A DNA stretch of 46,336 nt from the IMG/VR virus record IMGVR_UViG_3300026255_000010; one strand, written 5' to 3'. This DNA is from a virus. The notes beneath the pieces were generated by a model. The model saw only the letters and a program-made list of their open reading frames with translations. It searched no databases and was not told where the DNA came from. Of this stretch, positions 10,601 to 19,448 are shown piece after piece (positions within the stretch are counted from its first letter, which is position 1; every line of letters begins with the position of its first letter). Both the position numbers and the translations under genes were made by a program.

Positions 10601-12931
10601 ACCCTGTGAGGGGTTTATGAGTGCCGACAGCTGTGGATTGTCGGCCAGGAACTTCTCGCGGTAGGCTGCAGAAGACCAGTCCTCCCAGATGGTCTTGGCC
10701 TGGACCTCGATCTCTATCTTCTTTCCGGCCAGCGTGTCCTCGATCTGTGAGAGGAGCTTGTCTAATCCGGATGCAGCGAACTCAACCTTATACTCTTTCT
10801 CAAGATCTTTTAGAGTCTCAAGATACCCTTCCAGAAGAGGCTTTTCGGACAGCGGAGTAACAACGCCATCTTCTACAATGTCTTCCAGAACACCGCTCAT
10901 CTCGGACGATACCGATTTGAGATATTTCGGCATATCGAGTATGACCGGCTTGACCATCTCCTCCATCTCGCGTTCTGCCTCAGCGGAATCTGAATAGCCG
11001 TATTTGGCACCAAACGCTATGCGCCTAATCTCTTCGCCCGCCTCATCCAGCAGAGCCATGTATCCAGAAGATTGGCCGGTGGTCTTGACCATCTTCTTCA
11101 TTGAATATGTGTCTGGGAAGGTGGTTAGGGTCCGGTTCCAAGACTCCTTGTAGGTCTTCTCGAAGTCGTCGTCTCCACCGATTATTTTTGCCTCTTTTCC
11201 AGTCCCTATTACGGTCATACCGCCCTGGTGGGCCTTGATGTAAGTATCCTGACCAGCGGCGAACTCCTCCATCTTTTTCTGCATCTCTGCCGATACGCCG
11301 GATGCAAGAGATTCGGCTACCTCGACAGATGCCCCATCCGCGCCTTCCTTTGCTCCGGCTGCTATTTCTTCAGCCGTTTTTTTGCGGATACCCGAGAGAG
11401 AGACGTTATACCACTCGCCGTTGAGGGCAAAATCCCCGAGGTTGCCCTTGGACAGGTTCTCCACTATGCCCGCCCCGGCCTTCCACAGCTCGGAACCGGC
11501 CACGTTCATTCCCTGCCAGGCATCGGCTACAGCGTTGGCGATGTCGGTCACTATGGGCAGGATAACCCCGCCCATTTGCTCGAAGCTGACTTGGGCAGCC
11601 TGACCGATCCTAGCGAAGGCGGTATTGGCGTCGTCCGCAACCTTCTCAAAGCCTTCTGAGATGTTGGACGGATCGAGCTTGATAGCCTTGTTGAGCTTAC
11701 CGACGCCGCTTTTGATATCGGCTATCATCTTGTCCATAGCCCCGGAGCCCTCTATGCCGAGGAGCTTGATCATGTCGGGCCTATCGCCCTCGGGCATGCT
11801 GGCTAGCTCTTCGGCAATAGACTGGAAGGTGCCTACAAAATCTTCTTTCAGGGCCGCCTGGAACTGTGGTTTGTCCATGCCCAGGATAGCACCAAGCTCC
11901 GCGCCGTGCTGTTTTGCGCCTTTGGCCATCCTCTCGATCTGAGTTCCGGCCTCTCCTGCAGATGCGCCGGTGTCGATCAGGAAAGATGAGAGAGCCAGCC
12001 ACTTGCCATAAGTCTCTTCCGTGGGCGCATAAGAAGCTACCGCGCTGGAAGCATTCCTCATGGCGGTGACGATCTCCTCCTCGGAGCTGCCCATGGTGTT
12101 GGCTAGGGAGTCCACCTTTCCGCCTACCGATTCGGCATAATCCGACCACGAAAGCTCCTGCTCACCCATTGCCCTTCTCTGAGCGTTCCAGGCCCCTATG
12201 GTCACAGATCCCATTTTGCCGATGCCTGCGCTTGTGGCTTCGGCGGACATGCCTTCCCACGCACCCTGAAGCATGGCAGTGGCTTTGACAAAATCTGCCA
12301 GTTCTTTGGCATATCCTACCATGTCACCTGACTGGAACTTCATCTGGCCGACTCCGATTGAACCGGCCTGAATAGCCATATCAGATGCTGCCTGGCCAGT
12401 GATCCCCATCTCCATCCTGAGATCCTGGAGGTCATCCATGAAGTTTCGGAGGTTCCGGCCTTCCAGGCCTGTTGTGCGGCCTATGGACGTCGCCATGCTT
12501 TCCCAGGCTGCAGCGGCTTGGACCGATTTGGCCCCGATGAGAGCTATCCCTGCAGCAGCTACCCCCGCAGCCAGACCGATCGGCCCGATGGCCATAGCTA
12601 GATCAGATGCCGCGCCGCCAATAGGCCCCAGGCCGGCCATGAATGATGTAGCATACTGGCTACCTGCTTGCCTGCCGATGCTGCCAAAATTCACGCCCGA
12701 GAACAGCTTGCTCATCCGGCTTTGGGTGGCCTGCCCTGCAGCCTTGTCCATCTGGCTGAAGAAGCCGGACATGTCCATTTGGAAGCCGGACATGTCCATT
12801 TGAGGGGCGATCTTGGGGGCCTTGAGAGAGTTAAGCTGTTGCTGGAGATACTGAATGTTTGCACGAATGCCCGCTTCTACCGCAGAGCCATTGTAAATTC
12901 CAGTAATTTCGAATGCTGGTATAAAGATCAC
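7676..12931 (-). CDS. Tail tape measure protein (~1750 aa)
   Basis: Longest ORF, Ala/Gly-rich and helical, TP901-like core (AAAWESMATSIGRTTG...), directly after the chaperone genes. Confidence 0.9.
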   Translation of the reverse strand: MIFIPAFEITGIYNGSAVEAGIRANIQYLQQQLNSLKAPKIAPQMDMSGFQMDMSGFFSQMDKAAGQATQSRMSKLFSGVNFGSIGRQAGSQYATSFMAGLGPIGGAASDLAMAIGPIGLAAGVAAAGIALIGAKSVQAAAAWESMATSIGRTTGLEGRNLRNFMDDLQDLRMEMGITGQAASDMAIQAGSIGVGQMKFQSGDMVGYAKELADFVKATAMLQGAWEGMSAEATSAGIGKMGSVTIGAWNAQRRAMGEQELSWSDYAESVGGKVDSLANTMGSSEEEIVTAMRNASSAVASYAPTEETYGKWLALSSFLIDTGASAGEAGTQIERMAKGAKQHGAELGAILGMDKPQFQAALKEDFVGTFQSIAEELASMPEGDRPDMIKLLGIEGSGAMDKMIADIKSGVGKLNKAIKLDPSNISEGFEKVADDANTAFARIGQAAQVSFEQMGGVILPIVTDIANAVADAWQGMNVAGSELWKAGAGIVENLSKGNLGDFALNGEWYNVSLSGIRKKTAEEIAAGAKEGADGASVEVAESLASGVSAEMQKKMEEFAAGQDTYIKAHQGGMTVIGTGKEAKIIGGDDDFEKTYKESWNRTLTTFPDTYSMKKMVKTTGQSSGYMALLDEAGEEIRRIAFGAKYGYSDSAEAEREMEEMVKPVILDMPKYLKSVSSEMSGVLEDIVEDGVVTPLSEKPLLEGYLETLKDLEKEYKVEFAASGLDKLLSQIEDTLAGKKIEIEVQAKTIWEDWSSAAYREKFLADNPQLSALINPSQGDEWSDAIGRMAEDAENGDQVAKAALQDWQIAVQGFADGTISSMGYASEALYDLIMLYPQLGKSGSWLRSFMDDYKNQVMTGLPETEQGTYFPYTYSIWNPESNKGSMWGTPSYEDITVDQIESLDQIESPVTVNEMGAMAGAVMGAKLATDTLSGKATQMQPDLTTTATESQNATSHLTGIESHTSSMVGLLSSIDGKIGALAGSKSASNLPSVSDFVRSGSISNSSSTGLGSIAGKIKGGGIKGLFSAANAAYQDGGVPAQSGMAWLDKGDVVIGPNSSIASKGNLPAAADTASASLNRLAGAADKSSAAYQTTWRWFEDYAYEITAPASYKWSKYPAEPDVNVTGNVPVAWLSEGQPTGMDYIDAELQEVITRSIGNSLVKPWFARGYEAQPDWWTEAATSLSPKYADEWSAPKGGEVAKPSSGQSAVVETAARQQGLTIADVWNSIYGESFTEGCIAANAPDKSLIYTPSAGAIAEAGRTWGKESTEAWSYLYGEAFTEGCISTAPPDKLLHFTPSAKLLEEMARAQGAWGSQLVGSVGDGSAASPDGLAQSIDDNTESLQAIFPVLRILNSNAAKGSSELAANTQAMKGLGQDSVISQLGGAANAKTGSAMAWGTGTPNVSDALTTASVWSAIYDDSGTCIAYVKPDPSLNFTPGKEYLPGGKWYHGNQTVGRTIGQSYGDQALQEMYNYSEGSDASDAIQEASAAASKNSAQTNNLLAGLNTRTDKSNATASKSDTTLDKIEANTGYTVAGIMAMSWGGGAYGSYGSGGSGSSIIGLANRGGGTYWGGTSISGGGSWIAASPGPASGSSTAAWMNAGARAVGGSGAIQWAEGGITDHPVFGVFGEAGREAFVPISDRAAGLRILPRVMRELGVAAFADGGIVQSQSITGSGAVSSTLGQTIVNGVATSQYATHSGGEPTVAMGDIHLTIQGDVGRTQIRDMIAQLRQEWKEERNALVRTLKQARTGGHY
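8625..9280 (-). repeat. Three Cys-containing peptide repeats in the tape measure C-terminal region
   Basis: VWNSIYGESFTEGCIAANAPDKSLIYTP / AWSYLYGEAFTEGCISTAPPDKLLHFTP / VWSAIYDDSGTCIAYVKPDPSLNFTP. Confidence 0.7.
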
Positions 12932-13356
12932 CCCATTTTCATCTTGTGCTTCTCAAATTCGGCTTTGAGTTCTTCTGTTGTGCATTTCTTTTTTGGCGGT
13001 GCTAGTGGCACGGCCGGGAAAATGTCGTTGAACCCTTTCTTACCTTCACCGTGCAAATGCGACATAGCTACCAGGTTATGGAACGCCGAAACTTTAGACA
13101 GATAAATTTCTTCGTCCCGGCGTTCCCGGTAAAAGTGCAGCCTGGCGATCAGTTCATTGTAAGTGTATTCTGTCCAAAGTTCTTTAGGACTTAGGCCGAG
13201 GGAGTATCCGAGGCGGGCGGTGCTTCGCCAGAATCGATCTCTTGAAGTTGCTTCTCCAGTCGGGTTATAGCTGCCGCTACCTTCTTGTTGCTCGCTTTCT
13301 CCCTCTTCTCCTGGATCTTCTGCTCCATCCCCCTCATTACTTTGAAGCTCTTCCAC
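12928..13356 (-). CDS. Tail assembly chaperone extension (gpT/GT-like part)
   Basis: RFWRSTARLGYSLGLSPKELWTEYTYNEL motif typical of the GT C-terminal part; -1 frame, overlapping the upstream chaperone. Confidence 0.6.
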   Translation of the reverse strand: MEELQSNEGDGAEDPGEEGESEQQEGSGSYNPTGEATSRDRFWRSTARLGYSLGLSPKELWTEYTYNELIARLHFYRERRDEEIYLSKVSAFHNLVAMSHLHGEGKKGFNDIFPAVPLAPPKKKCTTEELKAEFEKHKMKMG

Positions 13357-13748
13357 CTCTCTTCTTGAGAGGCAAGAGAAGAAGGGTGATTGCTCAGGAG
13401 GTAAGACCGCTGGATGGCTATCAGAAGCTCATCATAATCTTTCCCGGCTTCCTTGTAGGCGCTGATCATCTCGTCCACTGCCTCGACGGTGAGCTCGGGG
13501 TCTTCGTGCTTCAGGGCATAGAAGAGAGCATATGTCTGGAGGGTCGCATTTGTGAGTCCCTGCATGATTATGCCTTCGGCACCAATCACAATATTACGGT
13601 CCTCTGACCGTCCCACACCAGTCTTGGGCAGGCCCATGTACGATAGAGCCCATTCTTCGAACTCTCGGGTTATGCCGTTCGGCCATCTCAGGGTTCTTGG
13701 TCTATCCAAAATTATTGTTACTGACGATAATCCTTTCTTAGTTGCCAT
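13191..13748 (-). CDS. Tail assembly chaperone (gpG-like)
   Basis: Between tail tube and tape measure; VTIILDRPRTLRW N-terminus and FYALKHEDPELTVEAVDEMI motif. Confidence 0.7.
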   Translation of the reverse strand: MATKKGLSSVTIILDRPRTLRWPNGITREFEEWALSYMGLPKTGVGRSEDRNIVIGAEGIIMQGLTNATLQTYALFYALKHEDPELTVEAVDEMISAYKEAGKDYDELLIAIQRSYLLSNHPSSLASQEERWKSFKVMRGMEQKIQEKREKASNKKVAAAITRLEKQLQEIDSGEAPPASDTPSA

Positions 13749-13784
13749 ATTTATTCATCTCCTGTAATGATCCTGATAGAAATA

Positions 13785-13842
13785 GGCCAAAACCAGCCGC
13801 TCAGGAGGACGGTTTTTAGGGTGCACAGCCTAGGTTTTGGCC
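13785..13842 (-). ncRNA. Three-way-junction RNA element (copy B)
   Basis: P1 GGCCAAAACC/GGTTTTGGCC, P2 TAGG/CCTA, AAAA linker, P3 CCG...TCC...GCGG; same layout as 29207-29255. Confidence 0.45.
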
Positions 13843-13869
13843 ACCAGATAGCTATCTATAAAAATGTAG

Positions 13870-14877
13870 CTATTGTTTTCTCAGAAAGGGGCCGCAGTTT
13901 TTGCCACCACGAGATTCGAAGGTCAGATTAACACCGCTGATCCCATCCCCGGCAACGTTGATAGATGATCGCGGAATGAAACAATAATCCACCCATCGTA
14001 TGTCGCTGTCTTCGTCTGAATAGAAGATGGCAACGGCAGTTTCGTCTCCGCCAGATCCGTTCACGTCAGTCCAGTCGGTTGGCTCCAAGCCGCCCGATAG
14101 ATGTGTGTGTGCCATCACCACGAGTGTCCCCGCGCCGGTATCGCCCGATTTCAGCTCTGCCCTGACTTTTAGATCCTGGCATTGGCCATTGGTGTTGATA
14201 GCCTCCACCAACTGAGCGGCAGTTGTGGCAGTGTTCGGTGTCACAACTATATCATTTCCGGAAACAGCGATCGCCAACGCGCCCGCACCGGGCGTGTCAT
14301 ATTCTATCGATATGTCGTTTCCCGCCGTACCTCCATCTGTGTGGGTATAGACGATATCGTTGTTATCTCCGGTTATGTCAGTTGTCAGAGTCGCGCATGT
14401 CTTGACCATCACGGTTTCGGCTGACGCCGTCCACTCCTTTTGCTTGAGGACGGTTCGTTTGGCAGTGTCCCTCAGGAACATGACCTTTTCGTTGTCCCAT
14501 GTGAGATCTAACGAGACGTTTTTTACGCCGGTGACCGACGTAGGCGCAAGATATTTTCCGGAGTGGCATATCACCGTATCCGTCGATCCCAACGCAGTTG
14601 CTAGATAGATCCGGCAATCCGGATACTCAACTTTTTGGGTTGTCAGCGTTTGGTATGCGGCTGTGCCGCCTTCGGAGTACTGGAACACAGGCACCGTGCC
14701 GTCGTCCAGATTGCGCTTGTCCACATCCGTGATCTCATAGACCGTATAGCGAGGCCTATAAGAAGATGGATCTGCTGATAGATCCACCTCGCTCATGGCT
14801 TCGTCCGTCAGGTCTTGGGACGTGCCACTGCACAATTTCAGGGCGGCCACCTTTCCAACTGTTATACTAAGAGCCAT
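13870..14877 (-). CDS. Tail-tube paralogue with two inserted domains (335 aa)
   Basis: Segments align with the adjacent tube protein (MALSITVGKVAALKL vs MPLAITLGRDAKLRV; GVKNVSLDLTWD...KEWT vs GVQSVSIDAGWE...KSWT). Confidence 0.6.
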   Translation of the reverse strand: MALSITVGKVAALKLCSGTSQDLTDEAMSEVDLSADPSSYRPRYTVYEITDVDKRNLDDGTVPVFQYSEGGTAAYQTLTTQKVEYPDCRIYLATALGSTDTVICHSGKYLAPTSVTGVKNVSLDLTWDNEKVMFLRDTAKRTVLKQKEWTASAETVMVKTCATLTTDITGDNNDIVYTHTDGGTAGNDISIEYDTPGAGALAIAVSGNDIVVTPNTATTAAQLVEAINTNGQCQDLKVRAELKSGDTGAGTLVVMAHTHLSGGLEPTDWTDVNGSGGDETAVAIFYSDEDSDIRWVDYCFIPRSSINVAGDGISGVNLTFESRGGKNCGPFLRKQ

Positions 14878-14890
14878 TGTCGGGCCCTCC

Positions 14891-15313
14891 TTATGACGGC
14901 ATGGTCATCGCTACACCATTCTCCTCGATCGTGAAAGACGCGGAGTTTTCATTCATCGGATCATACTTTGGTCCATACTTGGTGACCATCCCCGACGCAC
15001 ACATGTAAGTTGTGGTGGTGGCGGTCGCCGTTCCTGGATAGATCATAAAGGCTATGTTACTTCCATTGTGGTATGCAGTCCGAATGATATCCTGACCAGC
15101 GTCTGCAAAATCTTCCGTGAGAGTACCGGTGACCGTCCAACTCTTCAGAAGCGGCACGGTAGTCTTGGAAGTGTCTTCCAGATGCGTGAGCTTCTTGGTT
15201 TCCCAACCGGCATCGATTGATACGCTCTGTACCCCGAGAACAACTGTTGTGGCTGTCCCGGTCGTGGCAACGCGCAATTTTGCGTCTCTTCCAAGTGTTA
15301 TTGCTAACGGCAT
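14891..15313 (-). CDS. Major tail (tube) protein
   Basis: 140 aa beta-rich, Thr-rich siphovirus tube fold pattern upstream of the chaperone; GGAGG RBS. Confidence 0.75.
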   Translation of the reverse strand: MPLAITLGRDAKLRVATTGTATTVVLGVQSVSIDAGWETKKLTHLEDTSKTTVPLLKSWTVTGTLTEDFADAGQDIIRTAYHNGSNIAFMIYPGTATATTTTYMCASGMVTKYGPKYDPMNENSASFTIEENGVAMTMPS

Positions 15314-15362
15314 TCAATTATCCTCCTAGTAGCTACTTTTCTTCGTGGCTCAGTCTAGAACG

Positions 15363-16040
15363 TCATTGCCGCTGTACGGCATACATCTTGGTGCCCATGT
15401 GGCCCAATATGATGCGACTATCCAAAAAAACTTTGAATCCAGCGTCTCTCACTCTCTGGCTAAACGCAAAATCGAGAGTGAGATACATTGGTGTCCCGTC
15501 GTAATCCGGATGGACCATCGGCATGAAGAACGGATAGATCCAAGTATTGGAATCGAACCTCGCCAGACCAATGCTATCTGCCACTTTCTGCAGGATCTCT
15601 CTGGAAATCATCGTGCATCCGGTGGGCAGGTATCGGACTTCTGTGATACCGCCGCCAGGCCCTATGAGAACGTTCCCCTCTTTTAGCGGGACGACGCACA
15701 GCTGGTCTTCTTTCCCTCGTTTCAGATAAGGGCCGCCCACCATGCCGCCAGTCTCCTTGCACGAGTCCACCAAGCGCTTAATCTCGTAGCCAGGTGGATA
15801 GGCCGGATCGTTGTGTGGATTGAAAATGATATCATAGTCAAGCGAAAAGAAATAGTCGAAATCGGTCTTCAGAAAGTCGGTTGCCGCGATCGATAATCCA
15901 ACGTCGATCACGGACGTCTGAGTAAAATTGTACCCCAACTGGATGCCTTTGGGCTGCTCTGCCAGGGTATGGATAAGCTGGTTGATAAACCGCATGTCCG
16001 CGCCCGAATAGGCCTGAGATGATAAGAGAACTTTCGTTAT
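15363..16040 (-). CDS. GT-A fold glycosyltransferase (family 2-like); start uncertain (ATA 16040 or ATG 15995)
   Basis: FDYFFSLDYDI DxD motif, LPTGCTMISR, LTLDFAFSQRVRDAGFKVFLDSRIILGH. Confidence 0.75.
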   Translation of the reverse strand: MTKVLLSSQAYSGADMRFINQLIHTLAEQPKGIQLGYNFTQTSVIDVGLSIAATDFLKTDFDYFFSLDYDIIFNPHNDPAYPPGYEIKRLVDSCKETGGMVGGPYLKRGKEDQLCVVPLKEGNVLIGPGGGITEVRYLPTGCTMISREILQKVADSIGLARFDSNTWIYPFFMPMVHPDYDGTPMYLTLDFAFSQRVRDAGFKVFLDSRIILGHMGTKMYAVQRQ

Positions 16041-16460
16041 TCATTCCACCGCCTTGAAATCTATTGTAAGAATCTCGATCCACTGAAGGAGGTCTTCGCT
16101 TGTGTCGGAATACAGGCTCCATCCCACCAGGCCGAAGGACAATTGCCCCCCGCCCCAGGGTAATGAGGATAGAGATCTGAGATGGGCTTTCACCGCCTCG
16201 ATCAGGGCTTTCGCGGCATCTTCGGATGATGCAGACACCGCCCGGACCTCGATCTGGCCAGAGACACGGTCATTATCGCCGCCCAAATATGGAACTCCAT
16301 GCGAAGGCATATCAGCGACCATCAGGCATGCATAGGGCGAATTGCTCACCATCTCATCCTGGAGTGAGAAGTTCCTGCCGGAGATAACACCAGTAATGAG
16401 CGGCCCTATGGTGTCCGAGTTCTGGAGGGAGGCGGCCAATGCTGAGGAGAGCGTAGACAT
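16041..16460 (-). CDS. Tail terminator/completion protein
   Basis: 139 aa; SPYACL, GQIEVRAVSAS...AKALIEAVKAHL pattern; position before the tube gene. Confidence 0.6.
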   Translation of the reverse strand: MSTLSSALAASLQNSDTIGPLITGVISGRNFSLQDEMVSNSPYACLMVADMPSHGVPYLGGDNDRVSGQIEVRAVSASSEDAAKALIEAVKAHLRSLSSLPWGGGQLSFGLVGWSLYSDTSEDLLQWIEILTIDFKAVE

Positions 16461-16472
16461 AATTATTTATCC

Positions 16473-16838
16473 TTGAAAACTCATTATTTTGGTATGCTGA
16501 AAATTCTATTAGCGATCATACTGGTAGTGGGGATCGGATGTGGTGATATCTGGGATTTACATGGGGGCATAACCAAGACCATACGAAACGGCACGGTCGT
16601 TGAGAGTGCGCCGGAAGTAGAGATACCTTCTGATGAAGTGAGCATGCCGGCAGACGAAAATCCAAACATGCTCAAAATACTTCTGATTGGAGATGGGCCA
16701 ACCAAAGCTATATTTGCGACCAGAACAATCGACACTGGTCGATGGACCGTGGTATATTACGAGGAATACAGTATCGGCGGACTGGGAAGCACCACATCGT
16801 ATATATCAGATGCAGAAGGCCATGTAGTAATTGGTTAG
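16473..16838 (+). CDS. Secreted/lipoprotein-like moron on the opposite strand
   Basis: Hydrophobic N-terminus ILLAIILVVGIGC; only plus-strand gene inside the late operon. Confidence 0.55.
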   Translation: MKTHYFGMLKILLAIILVVGIGCGDIWDLHGGITKTIRNGTVVESAPEVEIPSDEVSMPADENPNMLKILLIGDGPTKAIFATRTIDTGRWTVVYYEEYSIGGLGSTTSYISDAEGHVVIG

Positions 16839-17203
16839 CCCTCATAAACTCTGTCTATGCACTCTCGGGCCTTCGCCTGCATGATGGCCGATCCTGGCCG
16901 GATGAAAGGCCGGAACCTCCAAACTCTTTTTCCAGACTTCGGACCAAATTCCTGATGCGACGTGTAATCGGCATCTGACCCCAGCGTCATCTCATATATG
17001 CAGGGAGCAAGCCGTTTCACGCCGCTTGCTCTCTCTATGCCGTCGTCCATGAAGTTGGTGTCCTTCAGGCTCAACTTGTGTGCCGCATTCTTGCCCTCGA
17101 TTAGCATCTGCTCCGCCACCTTCTGGCAGAGTCCGTCCTGGCGGGCGATCTCGCGGCCAATCTCTGCCCGGAGCTTGGAAGTGTCTATCTTCAGGTCAAT
17201 CAT
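16835..17203 (-). CDS. HK97 gp10-like neck/tail component
   Basis: LKDTNFMDDGI, DADYTSHQEFG and RFRPFIRP motifs. Confidence 0.7.
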   Translation of the reverse strand: MIDLKIDTSKLRAEIGREIARQDGLCQKVAEQMLIEGKNAAHKLSLKDTNFMDDGIERASGVKRLAPCIYEMTLGSDADYTSHQEFGPKSGKRVWRFRPFIRPGSAIMQAKARECIDRVYEG

Positions 17204-17957
17204 ATAGCTCTCCCAGTTGGGCGTCAGAGAGGCCTACAAAAGACTCTTTAGACTTCTTCCCAAACCCGTATTCAAGATGACAACGGCAGTTGATATCATG
17301 CTCCCCGGGGTATTGCTCTCCATCGGAGAAGGTTTCGTCTATGCCCACAACTTCGCCGTTGAGCTTCTGGTGAGCGGGCCGGACCCTGCCATCACCGACA
17401 GTAACCCATTCTTTAGTCTGAGATCCTGCTCCTTTTGCGAACTCAAGAGAGCTGCCCCAGGTCATGCGGTGCCGTTCGGTGCGAATGATCCGCCGCGCCC
17501 GGAAACCCGAATTGTCCACAATCGATGACAAGTTGGGCTGTTTCAGAATCGCTCTGGCAAGGGGTCGCTCGTTCATCCCGGAATTGGAGAATATGAAATT
17601 GGTAAGGAGCTTCTTGTCGGTCGATGTCATGAGCTTGATCGCGGTTCCGACCCGAGGGCGGAAGTACTTTTCTGCGATGTCGCTCACATTCCAGACTTCG
17701 GTCAGGCCATACGCACTCGCGAACTCCGCGCTGGATAGCTCCATCTCCTTGAGCAGCGTGCCCTCCAGGAACTCCCATACCGCCTTGTTCTTGGCCTTGG
17801 ATGATAGTACATACTTCTGCATCGGGCCCGGCTGGATGAGGTCCATGGGCCCGTAGGTGCCTTCCACATCGAAGAACCCGACCGCCTCTAGATAGGCTTT
17901 GATCTTGGGCCCGAACTTCTTCAGGATGTCTTGGATGACATATTCAGGGAGAGTCAT
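17196..17957 (-). CDS. Phage Mu gpF/SPP1 gp7-like minor head protein
   Basis: RIIRTE, KEWVTVGDGRVRPAH and HDINCRC motifs. Confidence 0.8.
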   Translation of the reverse strand: MTLPEYVIQDILKKFGPKIKAYLEAVGFFDVEGTYGPMDLIQPGPMQKYVLSSKAKNKAVWEFLEGTLLKEMELSSAEFASAYGLTEVWNVSDIAEKYFRPRVGTAIKLMTSTDKKLLTNFIFSNSGMNERPLARAILKQPNLSSIVDNSGFRARRIIRTERHRMTWGSSLEFAKGAGSQTKEWVTVGDGRVRPAHQKLNGEVVGIDETFSDGEQYPGEHDINCRCHLEYGFGKKSKESFVGLSDAQLGELYD

Positions 17958-18246
17958 ATTTTAGGAAATGCTCTATCCAATCCAGCATTTGTTGCGGATC
18001 TTCTTCCCAATCGTCGTAACCTATCCGTAAATCAGTATCGAAAAGTTTGAGGGCAAGTTCTCTTCGTTCGTTGGTAATACTTGTCAGTTGCGGATATTCG
18101 ATGATGGGATCAATATACGGATATTTGATATTACGCCTTTCCTTGGTTTCTGCCCGCCCGTGTTTTATATCTTCATATATTTGCCTTTCCCGATCTTCTA
18201 GGTCTTGGAACTGCTTTCTAATGCCCGGAATGTCTTCAAGATTCAT
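17944..18246 (-). CDS. Hypothetical protein (100 aa)
   Basis: GGAGGTGA RBS 7 nt before ATG 18246. Confidence 0.55.
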   Translation of the reverse strand: MNLEDIPGIRKQFQDLEDRERQIYEDIKHGRAETKERRNIKYPYIDPIIEYPQLTSITNERRELALKLFDTDLRIGYDDWEEDPQQMLDWIEHFLKYDSP

Positions 18247-18379
18247 GGGAGTTTCACCTCCGCCCAGCCAGCTGGTCGCAGACACCGCCGATCACAATTC
18301 CATATCGATGAGACTCATTATCGTGTTCATCGCTCACCAACGCCGCCCATGCCGCGCGGAGCCTTCCGATTAACCCCAT

Positions 18380-18637
18380 TCAGAGTACCTCCACTTCTAA
18401 AGATTCGTTCCACTCGATCAAATTATTATCATAGTCTAATATATAGATCTTATCATTATCAAGAAATACTGCCCGGGCTTGGATGATGATGGGCTGTCGA
18501 TCGGATGAAGACGTAACCAGCGGCGGCGGCAAAGTCACGTCCTCGCCAGATAGGTAGCTCGCTATCGTCACCACTCCGGCTAGGACGGATGCCACGCTGG
18601 CCATGATGGCCAGGGCCTTCTGGAAGCTGGTGGTCAT
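18380..18637 (-). CDS. Small membrane protein
   Basis: Hydrophobic helix ALAIMASVASVLAGVVTIASYL; ATGA-coupled to an upstream hydrophobic micro-ORF. Confidence 0.55.
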   Translation of the reverse strand: MTTSFQKALAIMASVASVLAGVVTIASYLSGEDVTLPPPLVTSSSDRQPIIIQARAVFLDNDKIYILDYDNNLIEWNESLEVEVL

Positions 18638-18734
18638 CGTCTGGGCCAGAATATATAGAACAGCAAAAAAAGCATGAGCCAGAAGCCTAACAACAAGCCA
18701 ATTGCCATGATAATAGCGTCTGACTCAGCCACGC

Positions 18735-19430
18735 TTATCCCTCTATGTCCTCAATGGTCACTACGTGGTTTTTTGTCACCGTGATATTCTCACCTGGAGC
18801 CAACGTGGTCTTCGGAAGGGCGAGATCCCCCAGCTTGTCATCTACCGCCTTCACATTGTAGAGCGTCCTGCTGCCGGTGTTCTCGATTGTGAAGGTATAT
18901 ACCACTTCATTTCCGATATCGGCAGAGCTTACGTCTGTGAGCTTGGTGATCAGGATCTCCGGGATGGCCTCGATCTCGAATACGGCGCTGGCATTGAGGG
19001 TGATGGTCTGACCAGCTCCTTGCATTGTGGCTACCGCATAGTTGATCACCGGGCCGGGTAGCATATCCTCCGTCACCTTCATCTGGGCGGTCCCCTCAGC
19101 AAACTCTCCAGGCCCTACCTCAGAAGTGCTCATGGCAATGGGGCCTAGCAGATCGTCAACTACCTTGATGCCAGTAAGCTTAGCAGTTCCAGTGTTGGAC
19201 AGTCTGAATGTGTAATTGGCCACCTCTCCGGGCTTGTAGGCCTTCTTCTCGACATCCTTCAGGAGTATGCCTGATGCGGTCTCGTTGATCACGATCGCAG
19301 CATCCGCGCTGCTGCTGACGTTTGCTCCAGATCCGTCCACTGCAGAAGCAGTGACGGTGTTTTTCAGCTCCGCAGAGCTGGCTATACCGATGACTGCAAA
19401 AAGTGCAATCAGTAGAAACATGTATCTCAT
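18735..19430 (-). CDS. Secreted Ig-like repeat (DUF11/DUF7507-type) surface protein
   Basis: Signal peptide MRYMFLLIALFAVIGIASSA; two repeats YTFRLSNTG...VVDDLLG and YTFTIENTG...AVDDKLG. Confidence 0.75.
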   Translation of the reverse strand: MRYMFLLIALFAVIGIASSAELKNTVTASAVDGSGANVSSSADAAIVINETASGILLKDVEKKAYKPGEVANYTFRLSNTGTAKLTGIKVVDDLLGPIAMSTSEVGPGEFAEGTAQMKVTEDMLPGPVINYAVATMQGAGQTITLNASAVFEIEAIPEILITKLTDVSSADIGNEVVYTFTIENTGSRTLYNVKAVDDKLGDLALPKTTLAPGENITVTKNHVVTIEDIEG

Positions 19431-19448
19431 TTTTCAATCACCTCAAAA

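Noticed and set aside
12760-12801. 21-nt tandem repeat (QMDMSGF twice) as CRISPR or VNTR
   Set aside because: Two in-frame copies inside the tape measure gene with no spacers
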